From NCBI GenBank assembly GCA_040755995.1, contig JBFMAF010000053.1, positions 1 to 36,700 on the forward strand: a stretch of 36,700 bases of DNA. Direction: 5' to 3'. Positions 17,263-28,429 of the stretch are shown piece by piece. The stretch is from Acidobacteriota bacterium (lineage in GTDB: Bacteria > Acidobacteriota > CAIWXX01). Positions within the stretch are counted from its first letter, which is position 1. Every line of letters begins with the position of its first letter. The notes below the pieces were generated by a model that made no database searches, was not told the origin of the DNA, and saw nothing but the letters and a program-made list of their open reading frames with translations. The translations under genes were made by a program, and so were the position numbers.

Positions 17263-18429
17263 GTGCGAACCAATTGCAGACGGACCTTCGTCGCTTCGCT
17301 TGGCCTGATCGCGCTACTGGCGTCGATCGCCGCGGCTCAGAAGCGTGATGTGGATCTCACGGCACCCGACGGCGTCAAGCTGAAGGCTTCGTACTATCCC
17401 GGATCGAAGCCAGGGCCCGGAGTTTTGCTGTTGCACATGTGCGGAGGCGCTACGCGCCAATCGTGGGACCGGCTTGCGACGCTGCTGGCCGCCACGGGCA
17501 TTCACGTGCTCACGCTCGACTACCGCGGCTTCGGCGAGAGCGGCGACGAGCGTTTCGACACGCTGGACACGGAGCATCGTCGCGCTGCACAGGCGAAGTG
17601 GGCCGGCGACATCGACGTTGCGTTCGACTACCTGCTGGCCCAGCCCGGTGTAGACCGCCGGCGGGCCGGCGCCGCAGGCGCCTCTTGCGGCGCGAACAAC
17701 TCCGCGCAGCTCGCCCTCCGGCATCCCGAGGTGACGGCTCTCGTCTTCTTGTCCGGCGGTGTCAACAGGGCCAGTCTCGACCACCTCCGGCACTGCTCGT
17801 CGCTCTCACTGTTCCTTGCGTCCAGCGAAGACGACAGCGGGTTCATACCGTACATGCGCTGGCTCTCGCAGTTCTCTCAGAACCCGCATAACCGCCTGGT
17901 CGAGTACAAGAAAGCTGGTCACGGAACCGACATGTTCGCAGTGGAGAAAGACCTTGAGCCGCAGATCGTCGAGTGGCTCTCCGGAGCGCTCCTCGAAGCC
18001 CCCACTGTGAGTGCCGCCGCCACTGCTCAGCCGAATCCTCAGGTGGAGTTCTGGTCGATCCTCACGGGACCTGACGGCGCGACCGGGGCCCTGCCGATCC
18101 TTCGCGAGGCGCGCAGGCGGGACCCCGATGCCATCCTCCTACCAGAGCTGGCAGCCGTCATACTCGGAAGCGATCTTGTGCGAGCCGGCAACCCGCAGGA
18201 GGCCGTCGCGGTCCTCCGGGTGGGCCTGGAGGAGTATCCGGACTCGATCGATCTTCACTTCAGCCTGTCCGGTGCCTATCTCGAGGCCGGCGATCGCACT
18301 ATGGCTTTGCAGTACTGCGAGAAGACGCTTCAGCTTATCGATAAGGACACGACCATCAGCGACGAGGAGAAGGAGTACTACCGCAAGCGGATTGACGAGA
18401 GGGTCCAGCAATTGAAGGCGAAGCAATAG
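17263..18429 (+). CDS. Secreted alpha/beta hydrolase with C-terminal TPR
   Basis: Signal peptide, LLLHM, DYRGFGES, nucleophile elbow GASCG, SEDD, GHGT and TPR-like helices at the C-terminus. Confidence 0.85.
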   Translation: MRTNCRRTFVASLGLIALLASIAAAQKRDVDLTAPDGVKLKASYYPGSKPGPGVLLLHMCGGATRQSWDRLATLLAATGIHVLTLDYRGFGESGDERFDTLDTEHRRAAQAKWAGDIDVAFDYLLAQPGVDRRRAGAAGASCGANNSAQLALRHPEVTALVFLSGGVNRASLDHLRHCSSLSLFLASSEDDSGFIPYMRWLSQFSQNPHNRLVEYKKAGHGTDMFAVEKDLEPQIVEWLSGALLEAPTVSAAATAQPNPQVEFWSILTGPDGATGALPILREARRRDPDAILLPELAAVILGSDLVRAGNPQEAVAVLRVGLEEYPDSIDLHFSLSGAYLEAGDRTMALQYCEKTLQLIDKDTTISDEEKEYYRKRIDERVQQLKAKQ

Positions 18430-18480
18430 ATGCGCGCGCCAGGCCCTACCTGTGGCCTCATTAGCAGCCCGCGCTAAGAA

Positions 18481-19719
18481 TCACGCGGAGCGGACCAGGA
18501 GCTCGTCAGGGACATCCAGGACGCGCGCGATGTCTCTCAGGCGAGGCGATACCGGAAGACCCAGGGGGCAGACGACCGAGCAGGACGGGCAAGCGCGGCA
18601 CGCAATATCGTCCCTGGCCAACATCTGCAGCGTCTCCTTGGCCTGGCCCGGGTTCCGGTAGCCATACGCGTACATATAGGACCTCATCGCTGTCGGAATG
18701 TCCAGGTGGTTCCTACACTCGGCCCGGCAGCGGCCGCACTGGTCGCAGAAGAGGCCGGCTACGCCGTTGCGTTCCCCCCACCGCAGATCCGCTTCCTCCT
18801 CCGGCGTCAGCCTCAAGTCATCCATGACCGACACATCTTGCGCGACTTCATCGAGGTTGCTGGCCCCCGGTATCGCACTCTGGACGTTCTCGTTCTGGAG
18901 CGCCCATTTCAGCGCGGCCTTTGTGTTGATCGGGATCTTTCTTTCCTTGTCCCAGTAGAGGCCCGCCATGACCTTCATCGCCACGACTCCGAGCCCCGCT
19001 CCAGTCGCCTCTGCAAGCGCCCTCGTCACCTCGTCTCGGTTCGGTTGGCGGAAGTTGTAGATGGCCAGGACCACGTCGTAGATCTTCTGGTCGATGATGC
19101 TGCGCAGCATCGGGAGGTCGGTCTTGTGGATCGAGACGCCGAGCGCGCGAGCCTTGCCCTGACGCTTGATCTCCTGCATCACATCCTTGACGACGGGCAT
19201 GCTGAGCAGTTCGACGTTTTCGGAACCGTGCAGGTAGAGGATGTCGACGTAGTCGACGTTCAGCCGCCTGAGACTCTCGTCGGTCTGCTGGCGGAACAGG
19301 GCCTGGTACTCCGATGGGGTCACGTTCTTGGGGATCAGGCCGGTCCGATTGTCGCGCGCGCCGTAGATTTTGGTGCCGATGACGAAGGAATCCCGCGTGC
19401 GCCCCTTCAGCGCGTTGCCGAGCATCGCTTCATGGAGCCCGCCGCCGTAACGATGAGCCGTGTCGAAGTGCGCGGCGCCCGCGTCCAGCGCGGCCTGGAC
19501 CAGGTTGGGCGCGGCGAGCGCGCCCATGCCGACGACGGGCACGCGAATCCCGGTCCTCCCCAGCGTTCGATAGACGCTCCTGTGCTGCCGCTCCCCGCCA
19601 CCCCTGCTGGTGCTCTCGACGGCGAGCGCCGAAGGCAACTGTGACAGCCCTGCCATCCCCACCAGGCCGGCCTTGATGAACTCCCGCCGGCTTGGCTCTG
19701 TCGATTTCTGATCCATCAC
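18481..19719 (-). CDS. Aldo/keto reductase with Tat signal and C-terminal Fe-S motifs
   Basis: SRREFIK Tat motif, YRTLGRTG, FDTAHRY, SLRRLNVDYVDILYLH, AMK, CDQCGRC...C and CRAC..C...CP. Confidence 0.9.
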   Translation of the reverse strand: MMDQKSTEPSRREFIKAGLVGMAGLSQLPSALAVESTSRGGGERQHRSVYRTLGRTGIRVPVVGMGALAAPNLVQAALDAGAAHFDTAHRYGGGLHEAMLGNALKGRTRDSFVIGTKIYGARDNRTGLIPKNVTPSEYQALFRQQTDESLRRLNVDYVDILYLHGSENVELLSMPVVKDVMQEIKRQGKARALGVSIHKTDLPMLRSIIDQKIYDVVLAIYNFRQPNRDEVTRALAEATGAGLGVVAMKVMAGLYWDKERKIPINTKAALKWALQNENVQSAIPGASNLDEVAQDVSVMDDLRLTPEEEADLRWGERNGVAGLFCDQCGRCRAECRNHLDIPTAMRSYMYAYGYRNPGQAKETLQMLARDDIACRACPSCSVVCPLGLPVSPRLRDIARVLDVPDELLVRSA

Positions 19720-19727
19720 TTCTCTCC

Positions 19728-20522
19728 CTAGTACAGTGGCTGCGGATAGACTGCGTCACGGATGTCGGCCAACTCGGCCGGCCCAAGGTTCTTCTTCTCG
19801 AAGCCGCCCGGTACATCGTATATGCCATCCGGCGGTTTCTTTTCCGAGATCTCGACAACACTGAAGGACCATGTCAACTGATTGCCGTTGTGGTAGAGAA
19901 CCGTGTCCTCAGCCATGAGGAATCCCGGCATCCTGTTCAATGCCTCCAGATATTCTGAGGCGGGGTTGAAGAGCGGGCGGATCCATTGCTCCCATGCAGC
20001 GGCCAGTTGCGGGTCAAAGGGAACCTCGCGCGTGACTTTGACGACTCGATCCCGGTCGTAGTACCGGTCTCCGTTGCGAACGATCCACTCGGCAACACGG
20101 TAGACCTCGCACGTCCTGCCGGCCACCTTCTCCTTGGCCCCGGCCTGCTCGACGGTTCCGTCGACCTTGTACATCTTCAGCCGCTCCGCGGCCGGCGGCT
20201 CCATGATGCCCACGGGACTGGCTGTCAGCGGCGTTTCGAAGAAGAACTTCTCCGTGAGGTTGACTCCGAGCATGCGGTTGCGTTCCCTGTCGACGGTAAA
20301 GCGCCAGTCGTTGGTCATGAAGTCTATTCGCCATCCAGTCCTGGTGCAGGTGGCCTGCCGGCGCCCAATCCACCATTCGCACGTGACCTCCTGCTCGGGC
20401 ACGTGATGGCCCAGCCGATAACCGCCCTCGACACGCAGGATGCCTTTCACGTAGACATCGCCCCACAGCCCGGCAGGGGCCAGCAGAAGAAGTAACAGAC
20501 ACGCGGCAGAGCCATGCCTCAT
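19728..20522 (-). CDS. Secreted hypothetical protein (DUF4412-like)
   Basis: Signal peptide, G.KEKVAGRTCEVY, and C-terminal Y.VP.GF.K. Confidence 0.55.
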   Translation of the reverse strand: MRHGSAACLLLLLLAPAGLWGDVYVKGILRVEGGYRLGHHVPEQEVTCEWWIGRRQATCTRTGWRIDFMTNDWRFTVDRERNRMLGVNLTEKFFFETPLTASPVGIMEPPAAERLKMYKVDGTVEQAGAKEKVAGRTCEVYRVAEWIVRNGDRYYDRDRVVKVTREVPFDPQLAAAWEQWIRPLFNPASEYLEALNRMPGFLMAEDTVLYHNGNQLTWSFSVVEISEKKPPDGIYDVPGGFEKKNLGPAELADIRDAVYPQPLY

Positions 20523-20851
20523 GAGAACCTCCGTTCAATGTGGTCGCGTTCGTTCAGTTGTCCGCTGCATAGCACTACAAGCAATCTAGCCAGCCCGAGA
20601 CGCCGGGCACCATCGAAATGTGACGAGTTGCATCGGGGGGTGACGAATGCCATGCGGGCGCCATTTCTGATTTCGTCCCGAGCTTCATCGACTCGTGGCA
20701 GATTCCACGTTCGACTCAACTCCCAATTCCTGAACCTGACCCAGGCTGCTTGCGTTTCGTCTGATCATGTAAAATGGCCATGCATGCAAACGGTGATCCG
20801 CATGAGCGCAGTCGATCCAAGGCTCGGGGTGATCGCCATAGCGGCCACGCA

Positions 20852-22519
20852 ATGATCAAGCACCCTGTCATCTTCTCGCCATCCGGCCGATCCGTGCAGG
20901 TGGACGAGAAGACCACGATTCTCAAGGCGGCTCAGATCGCATCCGAGCCGATGTCGGCCGAGTGCACCGGGCGCGGCGCATGCGGCCGGTGCGTTGTGCG
21001 GGTTCTCGAGGGCAGGGTGCCCGACTATCGCGTGCTTCGCCGGCACGACGGATCACCCGAGGTGCTGGCTTGCCAGACGTGCGTCACTGGCCCGCTCAAT
21101 CTGATGCCCCTGGTCGAGGCGCAGCTCCCGAAGTTGATCTCGCACGATCGAAACGTTGGTGTCGCTCCGCTGCGCGAGTGGGCGCCGTGGAGCCTCGCGC
21201 TGGACCCGATCGCCTCTGTGGAAGATGCCGAAGACCTCGGGGTCGCAATCGACATCGGCACTACCACACTGCGGCTCGTCGTCGTCCGGCTGCAGGACGG
21301 GGTGATTGTCGCCGAGGCGAACGCCTACAACCCACAGATACCCAAAGGCGCCGATGTCGTGTCACGGATTGTCGCGGCGGAGAAGGGGCAGCTACGTGAG
21401 CTGGCCTCGCTGGTGCGCTCGCGCGTCGCCGAAATGATTTCAGATGCCACTTCGAAGGCAAGGGCACGGCCCGCCGTGCCCCTACTCGACCCGGCGCGCA
21501 TCCGCGGCTATGCCGTGGCCGGAAATCTTACGATGATACACCTGCTGCTGGAGGTGGATCCGTCAGGCATCCGCCGCGTGCCCAGCGAGCCGGTTTCGCT
21601 GGCGTTCGCGCCAGTCGAGGCGAGGGAGCTCGGGTGGCCTGGCTCGAGCCGCGCCGTGGTGCACACCGTGCCCGCGGTGGGCGGATGGGTCGGTGGAGAC
21701 ATCATCGCCGGCATCGTTCGCGCAGGATTCTCGCGCATGCGCGACCGGCTCACGTTCTACGTGGACCTCGGCACCAACGGCGAAATCGCCGTGGGTGGAG
21801 GCGATTTCGCCCTCGCGTGCGCATGCAGCGCAGGACCGGCCTTCGAAGGCGGCGGGATCCGCTGCGGCATGCGTGCAGACCGGGGCGCAGTCGATGGAGC
21901 GCGCATTGAGGCCGAAGAGGGAACGATGGAGCTCTCGGTGATAGGCGGCGGCCGAGTGCGCGGCGTCTGCGGATCCGGGCTGATCGCTCTCACCGACGCG
22001 CTGCTCCGCGCCGGCTGGATCGATCGCGCCGCTCGGTTCACGGAGGCTGTCCCTGCGCTGTATCGATTCGATGGCGACTGGGGGCGCGCGCTATCGCTCG
22101 CGACCGGCGGCAGGGTAGGTCTCTGGGAGCGCGACCTGCAGAGCCTGCTCAGGGCTAAGGCCGCCATTTTCGCCGGAATCCGCTCGCTCACTTCGACCCT
22201 CGGCGAAGGCGCCGTCATCGACCGCATCATCGTCTCGGGCAACTTCGGCCGCTTCCTAAATCTCAGCGCAGCGGTGGGAATCGGGCTGCTGCCGGACGCA
22301 CCGCTCGGGCTGTACCAGTACGTAGACAACGGCTCGCTTGAGGGCGCGGCGCTGGCGTTGCTCTCCAGAGAGTTCCTCGCGGAACTCCAATCGTACCTGC
22401 AGTGCGTAACGTATGTGAACCTGTCGGAAGTACCGGGGTATATGGACGAGTTCGTCGCCGCCAGCTTCTTGCCGCACACTGACCCCGCTGCGCTCAGATT
22501 CCCGGCTCCGGGCCGATAG
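20852..22519 (+). CDS. ASKHA-domain 2Fe-2S protein (RACo/DUF4445, reductive activator of corrinoid proteins)
   Basis: CTGRGACGRC...LACQ ferredoxin, DIGTTT, GADVVSRI, VGGD, DLGTNGE, AGPAFEG, CGSG and GNFG. Start placed at ATG 20852 (MIKHPVIF). Confidence 0.9.
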   Translation: MIKHPVIFSPSGRSVQVDEKTTILKAAQIASEPMSAECTGRGACGRCVVRVLEGRVPDYRVLRRHDGSPEVLACQTCVTGPLNLMPLVEAQLPKLISHDRNVGVAPLREWAPWSLALDPIASVEDAEDLGVAIDIGTTTLRLVVVRLQDGVIVAEANAYNPQIPKGADVVSRIVAAEKGQLRELASLVRSRVAEMISDATSKARARPAVPLLDPARIRGYAVAGNLTMIHLLLEVDPSGIRRVPSEPVSLAFAPVEARELGWPGSSRAVVHTVPAVGGWVGGDIIAGIVRAGFSRMRDRLTFYVDLGTNGEIAVGGGDFALACACSAGPAFEGGGIRCGMRADRGAVDGARIEAEEGTMELSVIGGGRVRGVCGSGLIALTDALLRAGWIDRAARFTEAVPALYRFDGDWGRALSLATGGRVGLWERDLQSLLRAKAAIFAGIRSLTSTLGEGAVIDRIIVSGNFGRFLNLSAAVGIGLLPDAPLGLYQYVDNGSLEGAALALLSREFLAELQSYLQCVTYVNLSEVPGYMDEFVAASFLPHTDPAALRFPAPGR

Positions 22520-22612
22520 TCAGGATCACCGCGTCTCCGCGTCCGCTCCCCCAGAGAACGGCGACGCGTGGTGGTTACTCTCAGTTGAGCAGTAGGGGTT
22601 CCGAGAAGTCCC

Positions 22613-22641
22613 TTGACTGCCGCTGCGCCAGTCGATAGTCT
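22613..22641 (+). promoter_or_regulatory. Probable sigma70 promoter of carAB
   Basis: TTGACT-N17-TAGTCT, about 90 nt upstream of carA. Confidence 0.6.
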
Positions 22642-22727
22642 GTGCGCGGACAGTTGGGATCAACGGTGGCGCTTAGAGGATGCTCTCTGCTCGCGCGGGA
22701 GTGCCTGTCTGCGCTTCGGTGTGCGCA

Positions 22728-23846
22728 GTGAGTGATAAGAAGGCGTATCTCGCGCTCGAGGACGGACTCTTTTTCACGGGGCGGTCGTATGGGGCCGAGG
22801 GCGAGCGAGGCGGCGAGGTCTGCTTCAACACCAGCATGTGCGGCTACCAGGAGGTGCTCACCGATCCTTCATACTTCGGCCAGATCGTGGTGATGACGGC
22901 GCCGCAAGTCGGCAACTACGGCGTGAACTCCGAGGACTGCGAATCGCGAGAGGTACAGGTGGAAGGCTTCGTGGCGCGCGAGTTCAGCCGTGCCTGGAGC
23001 AGCTGGCGCGGGGAAGATGATCTGGCGTCCTACCTTAGAGCGCACGCCGTGCCGGCGCTCGACTCGATCGACACGCGGAAGCTGACGATTCATCTTCGCA
23101 CTCACGGGGCCATGCGCGGTGTGATCTCAACGGTTGACGGCGACCCGAAGAGGCTCGTCGAGCGGGCGCTCCAGGTGCCTCCGATGCTGGGCCGCGACCT
23201 GATCTGTGAGGTGACCACGCGCAGACCGTACGTCGTGGGCGGCGGCGGATATCGCCCGTACGTGCGACCTCTGGTGGTGGCATACGATTTCGGCGTAAAG
23301 ACCAGCATCGTCGAGTGCCTGGAGCATGAGGGGATGGTCGTCGAGGTGGTCGAGGCCGGCGCCTCGGCCTTCCGAGTGCTGGAGAAACAGCCCGCGGGCA
23401 TCGTCTTCTCGAACGGCCCGGGTGATCCGGAACCGCTCGCGCATGCGATTCGCTGCTGCGTGTCATTCGTCGAACACGGGGTCCCGTTTCTGGGAATATG
23501 CCTGGGCCATCAGATTCTCGGCCTTGCGGCAGGCGCCAAGACGTACAAGCTCAAGTTCGGCCATCGCGGTGGGAATCACCCGGTCAAATACCTCCCGACG
23601 GGGCGCGTCGAGATCACCGCCCAGAACCATGGGTTCGCCGTCGACGCGGGAACGGTGGACCCGAGCATCGCCGAGATCACACACATCAATCTGAACGACG
23701 GCTCGGTTGAGGGACTCCGCCTGAAGCACTCGCCCGCGCTGAGCGTGCAATACCACCCCGAGAGCTCCCCGGGACCGCATGACTCGCGCTACCTCTTCAG
23801 AGCATTCGCCCGGATGGTATTTCAGGAGTGGAACAGGCGGAGTTGA
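22728..23846 (+). CDS. carA: Carbamoyl-phosphate synthase small subunit
   Basis: GEVCFNTSM.GYQE.LTDPSY, SNGPGDP, GICLGHQ, FGHRGGNHPV, QNHGF and QYHPE. Probable GTG start at 22728. Confidence 0.97.
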   Translation: MSDKKAYLALEDGLFFTGRSYGAEGERGGEVCFNTSMCGYQEVLTDPSYFGQIVVMTAPQVGNYGVNSEDCESREVQVEGFVAREFSRAWSSWRGEDDLASYLRAHAVPALDSIDTRKLTIHLRTHGAMRGVISTVDGDPKRLVERALQVPPMLGRDLICEVTTRRPYVVGGGGYRPYVRPLVVAYDFGVKTSIVECLEHEGMVVEVVEAGASAFRVLEKQPAGIVFSNGPGDPEPLAHAIRCCVSFVEHGVPFLGICLGHQILGLAAGAKTYKLKFGHRGGNHPVKYLPTGRVEITAQNHGFAVDAGTVDPSIAEITHINLNDGSVEGLRLKHSPALSVQYHPESSPGPHDSRYLFRAFARMVFQEWNRRS

Positions 23847-23852
23847 GATAGC

Positions 23853-26800
23853 GTGCCGAGAGACACTTCCATCCGTCGCGTCCTCGTGATCGGCAGCGGC
23901 CCGATCGTCATCGGACAGGCCTGCGAGTTCGACTACTCGGGGACCCAGGCCTGCAAGGCGCTGCGGAGCGAGGGTGTGGAGGTGGTGCTCGTGAACTCCA
24001 ATCCGGCCACCATCATGACCGACTCCGATGTCGCGGATCGCACCTATATCGAGCCGCTCACGGTACAGAGTCTCGCCGAGATACTGGAACGCGAGAGACC
24101 CGACGCCCTCCTCCCGACCGTAGGCGGCCAGACCGGCCTGAACCTCGCCGCCGAGCTGGCCGATGACGGCATTCTGGACCGGCTCCGCGTCCGCCTCATC
24201 GGCGCCAGCCTCCGGGCGATCAAGGTGGCGGAGGACCGGATGCTGTTCAAGAAGGCGCTGGCAGAGGCCGGCATAGATGTGCCCCGAAGCGTCAAGGCCG
24301 TATCGATCAGGGATGCGACTGCTTTCAGTAATGAGGCCGGCTTCCCGCTCGTCGTCAGGCCGTCGTTCACGCTCGGCGGCGCCGGCGGCGGCATCGCCTA
24401 CAACGTCCAGGAGCTCGCTGCGATCGCCGCCCACGGCATCGAGCTCTCGCCGATCGGAGAGGTGTTGATCGAGGAGTCGGTCATCGGATGGAAGGAGTTC
24501 GAGCTCGAAGTCATGCGGGACCGCGCCGGCAACGGCGTCGTGATCTGCTCCATCGAGAACTTCGACGCCATGGGCGTCCACACCGGCGACTCGATCACCG
24601 TCGCCCCGGTGCAGACGCTCTCTGACCGCGAGTACCAGCAGATGCGCAACTGGGCGCTGCGGATCATGGAGCTCATCGGCGTCGAGACCGGCGGCAGCAA
24701 CGTGCAGTTCGCGGTGAACCCCGCCAACGGGCGCATGCTCGCGATCGAGATGAACCCGCGCGTGTCGCGCAGCAGCGCGCTCGCGAGCAAGGCCACAGGC
24801 TTCCCGATCGCCAAGATCGCGGCCAAGCTCGCCCTCGGCTACAACCTCGACGAGATCCCCAACGACATCACGCGGAAGACGCCGTCGAGCTTCGAGCCGG
24901 TGCTCGACTACGTAGTCGTAAAGATCCCTCGCTGGGCGTTTGAAAAATTCCCGCGCGAGAAGCCGCTGCTCACCACACAGATGAAGTCGGTCGGCGAAGC
25001 CATGGCCATCGGACGCACCTTCAAGGAAGCCCTGCTCAAGTGCGTCCGTTCCCTCGAGATCGGCCGCGCCGGCCTGGGCGACGATACGACGCAGTCGGAC
25101 GATGAGCTCGTCGAGTCGCTGGTGCACCCACACCCCGCGCGTCTGTTCCGGATACACGCCGCACTGCGCCGGGGAATGCCCGTGCAGCGTATCAGCCGGC
25201 TGACTCGCGTGGACCCGTGGTTCATCGAGCAGATCGCCGAAATCGTGCAGATGGAGTCCAGGGTAGCTGAGGACGGCACCGGCGCGACGACGTTGCGCGA
25301 GGCCAAGCGCATGGGTCTCTCGGACAGCACGGTGGCGACGCTAAGGAATACTACTGAAGTAGTAATTCGCGACTGCCGCGCCTCGATCAGCCTCCGCCCC
25401 GTCTACAAGCGGATCGACACGTGCGCCGGCGAGTTCGAATCGTCCACACCGTACATGTACTCGACCTACGAGGACGAGTGCGAGGCCGCCGCAACACCGC
25501 GCCCAAAGGTGGTCATTCTCGGGAGCGGCCCGAACCGGATCGGGCAGGGCATCGAGTTCGACTACTGCTGCTGCCAGGCCGTCTTCGCGCTGCGCGAGCT
25601 GGGGATCGAGACCATCATGGTGAACTGCAACCCGGAGACGGTCTCGACCGACTATGACACCTCGGACCGGCTCTACTTCGAGCCGCTCACGTTCGAGGAC
25701 GTGATGCACATCGTGGAGCTGGAGAAGCCGCAGGGAGTTCTGGTTCAATTCGGAGGCCAGACGCCGCTGGCGCTGAGCCGCAGGTTGCACGAAGCGGGCG
25801 TCACGATCCTGGGCACGGGCTTCGAGGCGATCAACCTGGCCGAGGACCGGGAGAGGTTTTCGAAGCTTCTCGAGGGGATCGGCGTCGCTCAGCCGCGCGG
25901 CGGGGTCGCGCGGAGTCGCGAGGCGGCATTTGCGATTGCGTCCGAGATTGGCTACCCACTGCTCCTGAGGCCTTCATACGTCCTCGGCGGTCGCGCGATG
26001 GTGCTGATCCACGACCGCGCTCAGCTCGAACGTTCGCTCGGCGAGGCGTTCGAGTCCTCGGGCGGCCATCCGCTGCTCATGGACCAGTATCTCGAAAACG
26101 CGATCGAAGCCGACCTCGATGCGATCTACGACGGTTACGATCTGCTGGTGGGCGGGATCATGGAGCACATCGAGGAAGCGGGGGTTCATTCGGGCGACAG
26201 CGCTGCGCTGCTGCCTCCGCACACGCTCTCTCCCGAAGCCCAGGATGAGATGGTCTCGATAACGCGCCGCGTCGCTTCCGCCGTGAATGTCGTGGGATTG
26301 GTGAACGTGCAGTTCGCGATACGCAATGGTGACGTGGTGGTCATCGAAGTGAACCCGCGGGCGAGCCGCACGGTGCCCTTCATCGCAAAGGCGACAGGCG
26401 TTCCGCTGGTGAAGCTCGCCACGGGTGTGGCCCTGGGCAGGCGCTTGCGCGACATGTACGCGGGGGCGCTGCGGCCGGCCGTTCCGGGCTTTTTTGCCAA
26501 AGTGCCGGTATTCCCATTCGTCAAGTTCCCGGGCATCGACCCTGTGCTGGGCCCGGAGATGAGGTCGACGGGCGAGGTGATGGGGATTGGCGAGAGCCCG
26601 GCCCTGGCGCTGGCGCGCGCATTCGTGGCGAGCGGTGTGCCGCTGCCGGGGAGGGGCGGCGCGTTCCTGAGTCTGAGCGACCGCGACAAGCCGGCGCTTG
26701 GAGAAGTCGCGAGGGAGTTGGCGGGGCTCGGGTTCCAGATCGTCTCCACCGAGGGGACCGCGCGCGCGCTGCGCGAGATGGGACTCGATGCCAGGCGCGT

Positions 26801-27053
26801 GAACAAGGTCAGCGAGGGCCGGCCGCACGTGATCGACCTGATCCGCAGTCATGGACTGGACCTGATCCTGAACACTCCGCACGACCGGGCCAGCCACAGC
26901 GATGAGGAAAACATCCGTCGCGCCGCGATCCAGCACGGCATCCCGTGCATAACGAATCTCTCCGGCATCCGCGCCGTCCTGAGCGCCATCCGCGAGCTGC
27001 CGCATCTTTACGGCCCGCGCCGCCCGATTCAAATGATCGCCCGCGCGGACTGA
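23853..27053 (+). CDS. carB: Carbamoyl-phosphate synthase large subunit
   Basis: [17 protein letters not shown], two ATP-grasp halves ([19 protein letters not shown]) and a C-terminal MGS domain. Confidence 0.98.
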   Translation: MPRDTSIRRVLVIGSGPIVIGQACEFDYSGTQACKALRSEGVEVVLVNSNPATIMTDSDVADRTYIEPLTVQSLAEILERERPDALLPTVGGQTGLNLAAELADDGILDRLRVRLIGASLRAIKVAEDRMLFKKALAEAGIDVPRSVKAVSIRDATAFSNEAGFPLVVRPSFTLGGAGGGIAYNVQELAAIAAHGIELSPIGEVLIEESVIGWKEFELEVMRDRAGNGVVICSIENFDAMGVHTGDSITVAPVQTLSDREYQQMRNWALRIMELIGVETGGSNVQFAVNPANGRMLAIEMNPRVSRSSALASKATGFPIAKIAAKLALGYNLDEIPNDITRKTPSSFEPVLDYVVVKIPRWAFEKFPREKPLLTTQMKSVGEAMAIGRTFKEALLKCVRSLEIGRAGLGDDTTQSDDELVESLVHPHPARLFRIHAALRRGMPVQRISRLTRVDPWFIEQIAEIVQMESRVAEDGTGATTLREAKRMGLSDSTVATLRNTTEVVIRDCRASISLRPVYKRIDTCAGEFESSTPYMYSTYEDECEAAATPRPKVVILGSGPNRIGQGIEFDYCCCQAVFALRELGIETIMVNCNPETVSTDYDTSDRLYFEPLTFEDVMHIVELEKPQGVLVQFGGQTPLALSRRLHEAGVTILGTGFEAINLAEDRERFSKLLEGIGVAQPRGGVARSREAAFAIASEIGYPLLLRPSYVLGGRAMVLIHDRAQLERSLGEAFESSGGHPLLMDQYLENAIEADLDAIYDGYDLLVGGIMEHIEEAGVHSGDSAALLPPHTLSPEAQDEMVSITRRVASAVNVVGLVNVQFAIRNGDVVVIEVNPRASRTVPFIAKATGVPLVKLATGVALGRRLRDMYAGALRPAVPGFFAKVPVFPFVKFPGIDPVLGPEMRSTGEVMGIGESPALALARAFVASGVPLPGRGGAFLSLSDRDKPALGEVARELAGLGFQIVSTEGTARALREMGLDARRVNKVSEGRPHVIDLIRSHGLDLILNTPHDRASHSDEENIRRAAIQHGIPCITNLSGIRAVLSAIRELPHLYGPRRPIQMIARAD

Positions 27054-27121
27054 CAGATTCGTGATTGCCCGCCCCGATCCGTTCGAGCTTCTCGGCGAGC
27101 TCGACGCGAGGCCGCGGCTCC

Positions 27122-28231
27122 TCAGCGGTTGCGGGTGTTCGAGGCGCGCATGGGCGCGGCGCCGGGTTCGGGAAGCCAGGCTTCATCCCGCCACTGAGCG
27201 CCGTAGACGGGATGCGCTAGGATCGAATCGCGGATGCTGCGACCTTTGACCAGGTAGTACCAGGCGAGGTAGTAGAGAATCGCTCCTGCGCGGCAAAGGT
27301 CGAAGAGCGGTGTGTCGAAGGCCGCTCTTCGCAGCCAGGACCTTCGCAGCACCAGCTCCAGATACGAGACCAAATTGTGGCCGGCTGGGACGAATGCAGG
27401 GCTCAGAGTAGCACCCGCACCGTCGCCGGCCTGTTCGATTCGCGACAGGTCTGCCACGCCGAGCCCGTGGCGCGCGCAGTTCTGTATGTGCGGGATCGCC
27501 GCCGGATCGAAGCCCATGACCTTCGCCTGCACGGCTTCGAGCGCCACGAAATCGCCGGACGCCATGACGAGATCGGTGACCCGCGGCCTGCCGGACTTGG
27601 GCGCGTCGCCTTCCATGCTCACCGTGGCGTCCAGCACGGCGAAGCGCGGTCGCGCGGCGCGGTTGATGTCGACCAGCGCCTCGTTGACGACCGGATGGAA
27701 GTTGTGGCGGAGTTTGTCGAGGCATCCCCACTGGTTCTTGATCGAGCCGGTGATTGTGGTCTTGTTGTGAGTCTTCATCACGGGGATCGTGATGAGCTCG
27801 GTGTGATGCAGGATCTCGGGCACGTCCATCTCATGGAGTGCAAGCGCCCCGTCGAGCTTCACGTGTGCGAAGCGGCCCTTCGACATGTTCACGAACGGGA
27901 CGTTGTGCTTGCGGCAGACGCGGTCGATGTACGAGTTGCGCAGGGCGCGTTCCGAGCTCACCAGCACCTGGTCTGACTCGACGACGAAGACCTGCCCCAC
28001 GTACTCGCGGATGGTTTCGATCACACCTTCGACGACCCACGGCGATGTGATCGAGCCGGGCACGAAGAGATCCCATCCGAGGTTCACCTTCAGCGCGACG
28101 TCCGCGCCCGGGGTGATGAACCTTCTCCATTGAGCGGCTTCCATCGCGTCCCGCACGGCCCGCCGAACATTGCCTCGAACGCGCGCTACGCTGACGCGAG
28201 CGTCCACTACTCCGACCTCATTCAGCGCCAT
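27122..28231 (-). CDS. DUF362-domain protein
   Basis: VALKVNL, T.P.VV, P.MKTH.K..ITGSIKN.WG, D....MEG..P..G and D.VA.E patterns. Confidence 0.85.
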   Translation of the reverse strand: MALNEVGVVDARVSVARVRGNVRRAVRDAMEAAQWRRFITPGADVALKVNLGWDLFVPGSITSPWVVEGVIETIREYVGQVFVVESDQVLVSSERALRNSYIDRVCRKHNVPFVNMSKGRFAHVKLDGALALHEMDVPEILHHTELITIPVMKTHNKTTITGSIKNQWGCLDKLRHNFHPVVNEALVDINRAARPRFAVLDATVSMEGDAPKSGRPRVTDLVMASGDFVALEAVQAKVMGFDPAAIPHIQNCARHGLGVADLSRIEQAGDGAGATLSPAFVPAGHNLVSYLELVLRRSWLRRAAFDTPLFDLCRAGAILYYLAWYYLVKGRSIRDSILAHPVYGAQWRDEAWLPEPGAAPMRASNTRNR

Positions 28232-28271
28232 CGCGAGCGTCGTCTTCCGTCATCACCTGCCGCACGGACAG

Positions 28272-28300
28272 ATGCTAAGGGGGCAGCGCAGCCGAGTCAA
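28272..28300 (-). promoter_or_regulatory. Probable sigma70 promoter of the DUF362 gene
   Basis: Minus strand TTGACT-N17-TAGCAT, about 40 nt upstream of the ATG. Confidence 0.6.
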
Positions 28301-28309
28301 GAGGACATC

Positions 28310-28429
28310 CCCTGATCCGGCGATAAGGCGGCATCTGCTTCGTTGCCTTCGTCGCTGCGGTGCTCACGTACCACGGTGTACGCTGCGCTCCTCGGCGCCT
28401 CGCACCTGCCGCCTTCTCGCCGGCCAGGG
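28310..28429. repeat. About 120-bp palindromic MITE/REP-like element
   Basis: CCGGCGATAAGGCGGCA (28317-28333) pairs with TGCCGCCTTCTCGCCGG (28407-28423) with 1 mismatch. Outer CCCTG/CAGGG arms and inner CGTAC-N6-GTACG hairpin. Confidence 0.65.

Noticed and set aside
20523..20851. Possible cobalamin riboswitch upstream of the RACo gene
   Set aside because: No B12-box or other conserved riboswitch elements were recognisable by eye.
22520..22727. PyrR-type attenuator upstream of carA
   Set aside because: No PyrR binding-loop consensus or U-tailed terminator was seen.
23463..27032. Long minus-strand ORFs (564 aa, 352 aa) opposite carAB
   Set aside because: Antisense shadows of conserved high-GC genes, with no motifs of their own.
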